In this document: positions 48,601-59,255 of the stretch, piece by piece
Layout: the number at the start of each line of letters is the position of its first letter
How positions within the stretch are numbered: the stretch's first letter is position 1
Assembly: GCA_004431415.1 (NCBI GenBank)
Contig: QPMI01000521.1
Coordinates: 124,001-188,000, forward strand
Source of the DNA: Cyanophora paradoxa CCMP329
Taxonomy: Eukaryota; Plantae; Glaucophyta
DNA: 64,000 nt
Direction of reading: 5' to 3'
The notes under the pieces: generated by a model
Database searches by the model: none
The model's input: only the letters and a program-made list of their open reading frames with translations
Told to the model about the DNA's origin: nothing
Program-made: the position numbers and the translations under genes

Positions 48601-51600
48601 CGTCGCGTGTCCCTTCAGAGCGGAGAGCGCACCTGAAGAGTCGAGAAGAACCCGGTCTGAAAGTGCGCCGTGCTGAGGGAGGCCCCGCCCACGGACTCGA
48701 TCCAGCAGTTGATCGTGTCCCGCGCCACCACCCGGTAGCGCTCGCACTTGACGGCGGCCGTGATCACATTCAGCGCGAAGGGTGAACTTGCGATCGCGTA
48801 GCCAGACGGGTGGTACGTCACGTTCACGCGCTGGCTGCCTCCGGACAGGCCGTTCGCCCGCACCGAGAACTGGATCTGTGGCTAATGTGAGTGACGTCGC
48901 GTGAAAAGCGCTCATTCAGCTAGACCCGGCCCGCAGAGCCAGGCGCACATTTGGAGAGCCGGACATTGCTTCGTAGACCTCGAGCCCGCCATCCGGAAAA
49001 GATATTGCAAAGTCGCTCGTTTGGATGGGCGCCCCGTTAGCTCGGGCTGTGACCGTGCATGTCGTCGCGTCTCCCGAGAGAAGGGCGGCGTTGGCAGTCG
49101 GATATGAACACCAGAGCGTGCCCCCTGTAAAGTCAAAGCGTGAATGTGTGCGGGAACGAGATCTATGCCATGACCACTTATAAAATTACCGATTATCTGG
49201 CTCGTGGTCCCTGTGTTGAGAAGCGATTTGCTGTCGGTCGACGTGCCAGCGACTTGAGAGGTGATCTCGGCAGACATCGAGTAGGAAGAAACTGTGATGC
49301 TGTCGACTGCCTTGACGTCGATCTTCAGCGTGCCGTCGGCAGCCGAGCGAGGAGAGCCGACGGTGAGACCTGTCGTGGCGGGAACGGACACCAAAACATC
49401 CGTCGGGACAGGGCTAGGAGAGCCTGTTTGGACGGCGTAGATCGAGCAGGCAACAGGGACGTTGATCGGGGTTCGGGATGGGCAGTCGATTTGCAAAACT
49501 GTTTCTGCATGTGAGGATTCGAGCTCGAGCAGGAATCATGGGAAGACACGCACGTCCTAGCACGTCGAAAGGAAGAGGCGACCCGCTAACACCGACACCG
49601 CCCAGGCGAATGACGATCGGCCGGTTGAAGAGGGGATCGGGGCCGGTGGTGACCTTGAACTGAAGTACGCCATTCGCATCGAGAGAAAAGAAACCCGTGT
49701 CGATTGAGAAAGCCCGCGCCTCCCCCAAGCCGGTTGTGTAGTTTTCAAAGACGCTTAGATCCGCCAGCAGAAAGCTTGCCGAGCCCGCGACCTTGGTGAC
49801 TGCACGCAGCCGCAGGAGACCGCAAGAGTTAAGGGGGCATTATAGTTAGGTTGTGTGCGGCGCACCGTTGCAGAAATAACTCGACGACGTTCGCGTCCGG
49901 CATCTCGACTGGCCGGACACGACTTGCTGGCAGTCGCACGCGAGCACGCCTGCAACCTGCGGCGCTTCGTCATTCGCTAGCTTACGCTGCGAGAAAGGAC
50001 ACTTCAAGAGGGGCTCACGACTGGGATCGACGTGTTCGCAAGCTTGAGTGCTGTCATCGTCGCGTAGATCTCCACGCCGGCGTCGCCGCCTCCGACGGCG
50101 GGCGTCCAAGTGAAGGCGATGGCGCCGCCGTCGATGTCTGTCACCCCAGTTACGGTTCCCGCTGCTGCTTGGATGGTGACTTCGGTGGTCGAGAGAGCAT
50201 TGCCCCCGACCGCTCTTTGAAGCGTGCAGGAGAGATGAACGCCAGGGTACGCCCGCTTTGCGGAGCACACGATGTCGCCGGCGCCAGTCGCGCCCAGAGA
50301 GAACGACGGGGACGGGGAGCTCTTGTAGGGAGCGATGACCTGGATCTGTCCAGCTCGCGATGGCGTCACCGTGAACCGCATCGACGAGCCAACAGCGGTG
50401 AACGCCGAGAATCGGACGCCCGGCACGGCCAGCGCCGTGTCGAGATCGGCGAGGGTGATGCTCGGCGTCGAGTTTGTCGGCGTCAGAGTGCACGTCGTGC
50501 TCGTGGGCGTCGCCGGGCTGTACGCGACTTGCGCCGGCGTGCAGTTGAAGGACGACGCGATAATCGTGAAGGTAAGCGCGCCTATCGCATCGCCGCCGGC
50601 AGCCGCGGAGAAGGCGACGGACACGTTCTCGGTCTGGTACGTGGACCCGTTCAGCGCGTAAACAATGAACGAAGCCTGCGAAGTGCAGGGCATTAGTGAG
50701 CCGAGTCGACGCGGAAAACATTGCCGCGAAAGCGGAATGCACCGTCTGGCCAGCGGCGTCGACCGTAATTGGCGAGACCGAAAGGGATGTGTCTGCTCTC
50801 ACAGGTGCGACGACGAACGCGTCTGGACTGCGTAGCGGCCCCGAGCGCGCCGTCCTGGTGAGCGTGCACCCGATGCCGCCTCCCGAGTGGATCCGGGAGT
50901 AAGAGCACGAAGCCGTCACCTCTGCGGGGCAATCGCAAAGTCAAGGGAAGTGCGCAGCTCAAAAGGGCGAGGGTACGAGTACGCGCCGACAAACGATCCC
51001 TCGACGGACGCGGCAGGAACCAAAGAGCCGTCGACGAAGCTGACGCGGGAGAGCGAGAACGGCACCGTAATTGTAAAAGCGGTCTCGGTCCGATTCGTCA
51101 CGTTCGCTGAGAATGTGAACGACGTCTGACCGGAGACAGCCGCCAGAGGCGTGAGCGAGAGCGCCGTCGACGGTGTCACGCGAGGCGCGAGAAGATGCGA
51201 GAGAGACACAGCCTCCATGACGTCCACCATAGCGAGCGTGCAGACGGCGGTCGGGAGGAGGGTCTGCCGAGCGTCATGGAACGAGTTTAGATCTTAGGAA
51301 GCGAATCGGACGCGAGAAACTCACAATGTTGATGTTGAGGGAGAACGTCGTGGTCGTGCACGTGAGCGAGATGACGGGAATCTGGATGCTCTTCGAGAAC
51401 GGGGCGGCGGCCGGCAGCTGCAGCGCCTCGCCCCTCGAGGAGCTCCAGAAGAAGTCCACTCGGCTCCGCGACACGTAGGCGCAGGTGACGTTGCGCGAGT
51501 ACTTGGCTCCAGACAGTGCGGGCGCAGTCGCCGTGAAGTTGCCGGCGGTCGCGTTCAGCTTGAAGTCGTCTTCCATCGCTGTCGCTGAGACGCCGAACCT

Positions 51601-54600
51601 GTCCGTCTGAAGCACAACCGTGCAAGACAACGTCTGCAGCGGCGCGGTATGAGCGCATGCGGAAGATCGGAGCGTGTTTATGGCAGGCTGCAACGCACGA
51701 CGAAGGTGCGCCCGACCGAAAGGAAGAGCGCGCAGCCCGAGGCGGTGCTGTTCACGTCGACCACGACAATGTTCTGCGAGGCGGCGACTGGGGTTTGGCC
51801 ACCCCACGAAGCCGCGAAGTTGACTGTGATAGCGAAGCCTGCCGAATCAGCCTACACGGTCGCGCCGCGTCAGGAAATGCGAGAGCATAATCATTCAGGG
51901 GGCGGCGGCGTGGATGCACGCACCATGGTCGTGTCCACGGCCAACGTGAGTAGCGTCGCTGTCCCCGTCGCCGTGAGGTCCCGGAAGGTCGTCTCTCTCG
52001 CTACGCTCAGGGCGAAGTCCGACGGGGAGACCGCCACCGGGCTCGTCGAGTTGCAGTGCGCTCGGTAGCCCCTCGCCACGCGGGAAGTGCACGAAAGAAC
52101 CACCGATATCACGTCGACGTCGAAGCCGGGGAGGGCGATCCGGAGCTCTCCCGTCCCCGCGGTGGTGGAAGCCCACTGCGGCCCGACAGTGAATCTCCCT
52201 CCCATGGTTCCGGTGAAGTACGTGCGGAACGACCCCGCGGTTCCAGCTCCGGATACGGCTGCAAAAAAGCCCCCGGGAGTGCCGGAGGACCTGTGCAAGC
52301 GTCAGAGCGGAGGGCACTGAAATGAAACAAATGAAAGCGCTGACGGAGGAAAGTCTGAGGCCAGCAGTACGGGTACGTTGGACCCTGTCGGCGTGTCGAT
52401 GCGGCAGCTCGTGATCTGTAAAACGATATTCTCGCGCGAGAACGAAAACGGCTGAAAGACAGCGTTCACGCACCGTCCCCGTGTTAATTGGAGTGCGAGC
52501 GCCAGTGCAGGAAACGGTGCCATCGATCACAATGAAGCTGCAATTGCCCGCCCAGACTTGAAGCCGAGGGTCCGACCGTGCGCTCAGGCGAACCTGGAGC
52601 AGCGCCTGACTAGAAAAGAGCGTCTGTGGTGCCGTCTCGCGAAAAGCAGCGGAAACGCATACAGGAACAATACTGCGAACCGCCGTGTTGGACACGACGA
52701 TCGAAAGTTGACCGAAGCTTGGCTGCACGCTGACGACGAGCCCGCTGTCCGGAGAGTCAAGCGTCACTGCCAATTACGTCGACGTCGCGAGTCAGTGCCA
52801 GGGCATTATTAGAGGGGCATATCAGAAGAAACTATCTGAAGCACCAGTTATGTCGTTAGTATCAAGCGGCGCGCTGCCCCAGGAGCTGAACAGCTCCAGC
52901 CTCGCTGGCCTCCCCCGCGCCACGCGCATCGCGGAGCTCGGGCTCGAGCCCCTGCCGTCCGGGAGGCACGCAGGGTCGAACGCCTTCAGGACGAACTCGC
53001 CGCTGAATATCATCGCGACCTCGAAGTCGACGACAAGCTTGTAGGGGCCGACCTGCATGAAAAGCGCGTCAGTCGCTCTTAATCAAACTATGAGAGTCGA
53101 CTAGAGCTGCAGCGCACCCCAAACTGGGGGCTGATCGTCAGGGAGTAGGTCGTGGTCGCCCCGCCATGGGTCCAGACTCTCTGCCCCGCGATCGAGTTGG
53201 CCACGATCGGGACGGCCTTCCACAGGGCGCGGTCCGCCGTGTACGCCTCAGTGGGGCCGAACGACGGGGCGAGCCACAGCCAGAAGTACGGCGCGGTCGC
53301 GTTGACCGTCAGCCTGCCGGGCCCTCATGATCAGCAGAGGCGGCGGGCCGGGGCGTGCTCGAGCGCGGGCGAGGCGGCGGGGCGGCGCGGCGCGGCGCGG
53401 CGCACTGGTAGGAGACGCGGGTAGCGATGACGGTCGAGGACACGCCGATGTTCACCGCGCCGACCGCGAGCGCGTACGTGTTGACCGTGTAGAGCGACGT
53501 GTTCCGCCCGTTGCCGGAGATGATGTCGATCACGACCTCGTGCCTGTGCGGCGAGACGGCGTCGGGGGGCGGCCGGTCAGGATCGGACAAGGCACGCGGC
53601 CACGCATGCATATGGGAGGCGCACGTCGTGAGGCCCGTCACGTCGTACAGGCCGTCCCTGTGCCCGCGCGCGGTCAGTGCCGCGGCGCTTCAGTTGTGCG
53701 GAGGAATGACGCGTCGCGATTGCGCGCAGGGCCGCGCGGTGCGTGCGCACCCGATGCGGAAAATCTCCCCGGTGCCGTACGTGTAGTTGCCCGTCGAGCC
53801 GCGCACGCGGTGCTTGCCCCGCCACTGCAGCCCGGGGGCCGTGCTCGAGACCCGCAGGAAGACCGGAGAGGGAGTCGCCTCGGCGGGGTTCCGGTAGATG
53901 TAGAGGCTGTAGGGGCCCGCGTCCTCCGGAAGGAAATCCTTCGTCGCCGTGAGGCGCGTCGGGCGGAACAGCGGCAGCGCCGTCGACCCGACCGCGGCCA
54001 GGGCCGAAAGCCGCGTCTCCGAGCCGCCGGCTGCCGGCGCGGGCCCCGCGATTCAGTACACTCCAGCGGGCTCCTACGCGGGCAGGGAAGGGGAGGAGGG
54101 GGGAACGGGGGGAACGGGGGACGGGAGGGGGTGTGCGAAGGATGGGGAGGGGGACGCACGGTGGAAGTACAGGGGGATGCGGAGCTCGGACCCGTCGACG
54201 TACACCCTCCGTGGGAGGCCATCGGTGGGGTCCACGGACCTGGCGAAGGCGAAGGGGGTGCGTGAGAGGGCCGGCGAACGCGACGATCAAAGCCGCGACG
54301 GCCGCGGGAGCGCGCGGGAGCGCACAGGAGGCCCAGCGTGCGCGTATTTCCGTAGGTGTAGTTCATCGCCGGCGTCTGGCCGACGCGGAAAGTGTACCGG
54401 TAGAACGAGAGGCCCTGGGCACGAGCGCCGCACGCGGGCCCGAGGTCAGGGGGAGCCCGAGGGAGGGGGGTCAGCAACGAGGCCCCGGCCCCGCCCGGCC
54501 CCGCCCCGCCCCGCCCGGTCAGCGCACGGGGAAAAGCGGGTCGCTCGTGACGAGGGCGGGGGTCGCGAGGAAGTCGTCGATCTGGCCCGTGGTGAGGCGG

Positions 54601-55239
54601 GCGTCGCGGCTGTAGCTCCCGTCCCACAGCACGTAGGCCAGCCGCAGGAGGCCGCAGCCGCCGTTCGTGGGCGCGACGAGGCACAAATAATTCAGCGTGC
54701 AAGTAATCTCGTCCCCTGCCGCGGCGTGTCAGCGGCAGCAGCGCGGTAGGGCGTCCTGCACCGGAGCTGACCGAGGTATATCGGGTCACTTAGAACCAGC
54801 CCGCGGTCTGCGCATGCGCCGCGGCATCACGAGTGCATCGCGCGGAAAATCGAAGAGAGAGCGGCGGGCGCGGGCTGCCGCACCGCAAGTCACGCCGAGC
54901 GTGTCCGGCGTGATGACGGCACCCAGCTCGGGCAGCCCGCTCAGAGTCAGCAAATCTGCGCGGGACGCGCAGAGCGTGCTTAGCTGAGATCGTCTGCGGC
55001 AGGCCCCCGACTCACCGAGGCCAGTGGCGGGCTGCGCTGCGACCGGGGTCACACTGAACAGGCAGCTGCAGGCCACCAGCACAAGGAGCGGGAAAGCCGC
55101 GGCCAGCCCCCCGATCTCGAGCGCTGGGCCGCGCTTCCTCGGGCCTGCATCGGGCGGCGTTCGTAGCTAAGCCGTGGCCAGCAGGCAAGGCGGGGAGGGG
55201 GGGCGCTCTCGCGCGAGAGGCACCTGCGGCATTCTTCAT
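24033..55239 (-). CDS. Giant cell-surface multi-pass protein: signal peptide, cadherin-like beta-sandwiches, dozens of ~100-aa Cys-pair Ig/filamin-like modules, IPT/TIG, PKD x3, SEA-like, Gly/Ala tract, TRP(Flc/Pkd2)-like TM domain, cytosolic tail
   Basis: N-terminus MKNAA|GPRKRGPALEIGGLAAAFPLLVLVACSCLFSVTPVAAQ. A continuous run of minus-strand exons carries the same module from ~52.8 kb to 31.5 kb, with no intergenic-like gap. TM region has LLNHAQALCIV|GAL...VPASF, GEW...YGALYE|DYR and RPHISR. Not every junction was checked. Confidence 0.7.
25550..27950 (-). other. Multi-pass membrane domain of the giant protein, TRP_C (fungal Flc/Pkd2)-like
   Basis: Hydrophobic segments AVLFCGLLIAHYVAHWLLVV, FPEIALFLGLFTAICTAC, FVMFSVIALFSMILFF, MFLFLFAMLKLFRILVADVLLG, LIQVTIMMVINAVLL, TEFLLLLGVWML, YFFAVAMMGMGILLL, plus a YGxLYxDY motif. 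Confidence 0.6.
28105..29400 (-). repeat. Coding low-complexity Gly/Ala tract: (GGGGA)n, (GGAAGGA)n, (AGATAGA)n
   Basis: 15-bp unit CCGCCGCCGCCCGCG repeated at ~28110-28300, then synonymously varied G/A codons, in frame in ORF 27550..30171. Confidence 0.9.
29625..29925 (-). other. PKD (KIAA0319-type) domain of the giant protein
   Basis: NVPPTI...DSDGYIASAVWRQMSGP...GEWLFNLTVTDDRGGTANATTTVAV. Related copies lie at ~29985-30330 and ~30820-31150. Confidence 0.8.
31155..31455 (-). other. IPT/TIG domain of the giant protein
   Basis: SIFPYLGPRVGGQVVTLFGEKF...VTV...NATQVRFLTP...YRY matches the IPT pattern PxxGPxxGGxxVTLxGxxF. Confidence 0.85.
32700..39770 (-). repeat. 1,542-bp (514-aa) near-identical coding tandem repeat, about 4.6 copies plus a diverged remainder
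   Basis: Equivalent shadow ORFs recur at 34690/36232/37774/39316 and at 33760/35302/36844/38386, a period of 1542. Confidence 0.98.
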
Positions 55240-57024
55240 TCTTCGCGCTCGAGGGAGCCTGGACGTATACACCAGAGAACGGTGCGCTCCCGACGCCGTC
55301 GTCCGCAGCCTCCAGCTGGCCGCAGGGCTCATGAGCTCGATCAGCGCCCTCATGTACGTGCACGCGCTGCTGCCCTGAACAGATCGAGCCGCGCGGTCCG
55401 GGGCCCCGCGGTGCCCGCTCGCGGAAGCTGATGCCCCATGCCTCGTCGTCCGACGAGCTCGAGGCTCGCTCACGCGCGCGGCCAACTTGAAAACAGCGAG
55501 CTCCAGGCCGGAGCTCCAGCTGCAGGCGGAGTCGGCGGCGGCCTGAACGCGCAGCTGGCTGAACGCTTCTAAGCAGCTGCTATGCTCCGCGTGCACGTGA
55601 AGCTGGCTGGCTTTCACGGCTCTCTTGCTCCGCGACTTCGACCAAGCAAGCGCCTCCGACACGCTGGCGGAGCTCGAGGGTTAGCTCTGCGAACGAGCGG
55701 AAGCTCCCCCGCGCGCGCACTCAGGTGCTATAGCCCGGCAGATGCAAACATACGCTCTTGAGGGCCTCTTCAAGGCTCAGCGGGCAAGAGGCCAGGAAAG
55801 TTCGAACCTGAGGAGCCACCCGATCCTCGTGCGGAACGTCACCCGCTCGCGCTGAGCTTTCGCAGCAAAGTTCGGAGCTTGAAGAGCTCTCCCACTACAG
55901 CTGCAAGTGTTGCGGTCGCTGGCAGGCTCTCGCAGGCTCCGTGGCGGGGGGCTCGTAGCTAAAGCGTTTCGAAGTTCAATCAGCCGCTTGCTTCCTTCTT
56001 CTATACCGGGGCGCTCTCGCCGACTCGGCGAGTCCGACGCGGGCGCTGGGAGCTTCCGAAGTTCCCAAGATCGCACGTGTGAGCCGCAGCTGCAGCTGCA
56101 GTGAGCGCGGGCGACGCGAGGCGTACGGCGAGTCGGCGACTAGGCCGGGTACGCATGTGCGCGGGTCGGAGCTCGAATTAAGGAACCCGGGGCCGCGGAG
56201 GCTGCATTCCGGAGCCAGCTGCATATGCGCCGTGCAGCTCCTGCCAGCTCGCAGGAGGCGGCAGGACTTCAAATTCGAACAATTTAATTTCAAATTGCAT
56301 TGAAGGATTGAAGGATGAGCCTCGGAGATACGCGCGGTACCTCTCAGCTGCAGTATCGAATCATTCCGATCCGGATCCGAATTTCGAATTAACATTCGAT
56401 CGCGAATTCGAAGTTCCGCGCCGGCGCCGCGGCCGGCGCCGCATACGTATACGTATACGTATATATTCGGTAAAGTACTACGTATACCGGGTATATATAT
56501 AATTATATAATGTTAGCTATCATAGTATAAAGCTATATAGTTACATTTAAGACGTGTATATATATATGGCTATACTATGATATATATCTATACCACAGCA
56601 ATATTTTACACATTTCGATCATGATTGTCGTGATCGCGAATCAAGAGTGACGAATTTTTCGAAGACTCCTAGGATTCCGGTCTCACCTCCGCGCCGAGTA
56701 CGTCCGCGGAACTCGGCGCCGACTCGGCGAATCGAATCGATTAGGATTCGAATTCGAATTCATGCATATGATTCCCCGGGCCCGCAGCCGGCGGCCAAGA
56801 ACGCGATCGCAATTGGAGGAACATGTACAGTCGCCGCGCGCCAACAAGTTGGCAAGTTATAAATTAAATGGCAACAACTGGCCCAGTGGCAAGTCAGTGG
56901 CAAGTTTACTGGCAACAAGAAGTCGCCGGACTCCGCGCCGGGACGCCAACGACGAGAGCAGACTCATGATCAGCAGAGGGGGTGGGGGGGAGAGGGTGCT
57001 GGCATGGGGCCCGATGGGGGTTCC

Positions 57025-59196
57025 CTAGAACCTGCGGCGCCCCAGGGAGGCGCGGCCATTCGGGGAGCGGAAGACGGCGGAGGGCCGCTGCTGCCGGGGC
57101 GGCTGCGCCGAGGCGTCGGGCTCGTACGTCCCGGGCCCGATCCGCGCGTCCGGCCCGTCCGCCTTGTGAAGCATCCGCGTGCCGCCTGCGCCCCCGGCCC
57201 GGTCGGCGGCGGCGGCGGCTGGAGGGCGGAGGGGTTTGGGCGGGCGCGCACCGAGGACCCGGGGGTCGATCTCGCGCTTCTGGCGGGAGCGGAAGACCGC
57301 CGCAAAGCGCCGCGAGGACTCCAGCGCCGACCGCGCCTGCGGCCCGCCCCGCCCCGCCCCGCCGCTCAGCGCAGCTGAGGGCCGGCGGGCGGCGGGCCGG
57401 GGCGGGTGGGGCGTGCGCGCACGACCGAGGCCTTGGGGCCGACGTCGGTGTTGTACACGATGTCGATCCCCACCGCCTTCGGCTTCTCCGGGAAGCGCGC
57501 TGCGCCCGCGCTCAGAGGGGGCGCGAGGAGGCCGGCGGCCGGGGAGGGAGGGGGGGAAGAAGCGTAAGCGGGTGGGCGGGCGGGCGGGCGGGCGCGCCCT
57601 GGCGGCTGGCGTAGAAGCCGTGGCGGTTCCACTCGCGCCGGTCGTGGTCGAGGACGTACGCGCCCGTGTCTGCCGCCGGCGCCCCCGCTCGCTCGCCCGC
57701 TCGCTCGCCCGCGCGGCGGCGGCGTCGTGCGCGCGGGGGCGCACCGGGCCGTGCCGGGGGCGCGGTGTTCGCGCGCCCCGCGGATAGGAAGGCGCTCGTC
57801 TGCGGCCGGTGCGGGCTGCGGGGCAGCGCGTGAGGCCGGGACGCGGAGAGGGCGCGGGGGCCGGGGCGGGCCTGCGCTGGCTGGCTGGAGGGCTCCCGAT
57901 GGCGGGCCGTGCGGGGTCCCGCGGCTCGTAATCCCCGGGCCCGAGGGGCCGCGCGTACGGCACCCGCGACAGCGGCATCTGCAGGCGAGCCCCCCTCGGA
58001 CCCCGCCACCCCCCGCCAGGAAGAGGGGGATGACGGGTACCGGATACGCCTGCCCGAGCGTGACGGGGTCGAGGAGCCTCGCGTTGCCCGACTGGAAGGA
58101 ACTGTACCTGTACCCCAGAGATTAGAAAGGGCCGGACGCAGGGTCGGCGGGGGTCGGGGTTTCGCGGGGGCCGCACCGTATGGGCGAGCTCTGCACGGTG
58201 CGCGCCAGGCTCCCGTTGTCCGGGCTGTAGTCCAGCGAGGCCGTCAGCGCCGGCCCGCTCATCACCGTCGTGCCTGTACCCGTCGGCGAGGTCCGCCCCA
58301 GCTGCGCCCGCCCGCGCGCCTCGGACCGGCGGCGGCGTGCCGGCGGCGGCGGCGGCGACGAGGTTGGGCCGGGGCACCTTCGGGGTATAGAATTTCCTAT
58401 TCTTCCAGTACTGCTCATCTGCCGGGCGGCGTCAGGCCCAACTTCGCGGGGCTGGCTCTGCGCTCTGCTCGGGGCGAACTGCGCGCGCGCTCTGGCGGTC
58501 AGGCGGGGGCGTCGAGTGGAAAGCGGGGGTGCGCTGGCGCGGGGATCGCACCCTAGCCTAATAGACGTGTAACCTGCGTTGAAGAGCCGGGCGTGGGTAA
58601 GCGGCGGCAGCGGCGGAAGCGCGCGGGGTGGGCGCGATTCACCGATATCCGAGACGTAGTCGTTGCGCCGCTCCGTGCGGCCGGCGCTTTTGAAGGCCGC
58701 GGAGGGCTTGTCCGCATCCTTCACCGCTACCTCCGGCAGCCGCATCCTGGCCCCCCGTCAACGCGGGGCGGCCGCCGCGCGCGAGTCACGCGTACTTGTA
58801 TGTGCCGGGCCCGAGGTGCGCGACCGCAGCTATTTTCTCATAATTGAAACGCGGCTGCGAGGTCTATAACCGAAAAACGTCGTCAGGCGGGCTGTAGCTA
58901 AGCGCCGGAGCGTCGGGGAGGGTGCGCCGCACTCGGAACACTGACGACTGCCTGCTGAAGTCCCAGCCATCGTCGTTCTCGTCTATAACACCATGTGCGA
59001 GGGGATCGTATGCCTTGCACCTCCTGTGCGTGCCTTCTTCCGGGCCGTGCTCACTGTGCCCCATGGCGGGATCCGCTAGCTTTCTGGCCTGCCTGAAACA
59101 GCTGGCCGAGTTGTATTCGCTGTTCTCCCGCTTATTCTGGATCCATTCTCTTTCTTCCACGCTTAGCTTCTTGGCGTCTCCCCTGTACCCCTCCAT
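57025..59196 (-). CDS. PG-rich repeat (STPG/ODF3/SHIPPO-like) probable flagellar protein
   Basis: ATG at 59196. Motifs LGPGDYEP and IGPGTYEP, and recurring SAAFKS/SAVFRS/AAVFRS/SSVFR. Stop TAG at 57027-57025. Confidence 0.6.
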
Positions 59197-59255
59197 TGCG
59201 CAGCCGTCCCTTTCAGCGCGCGCGAGGGTCGACGTCCTGCGTCGAACCGTTCACG

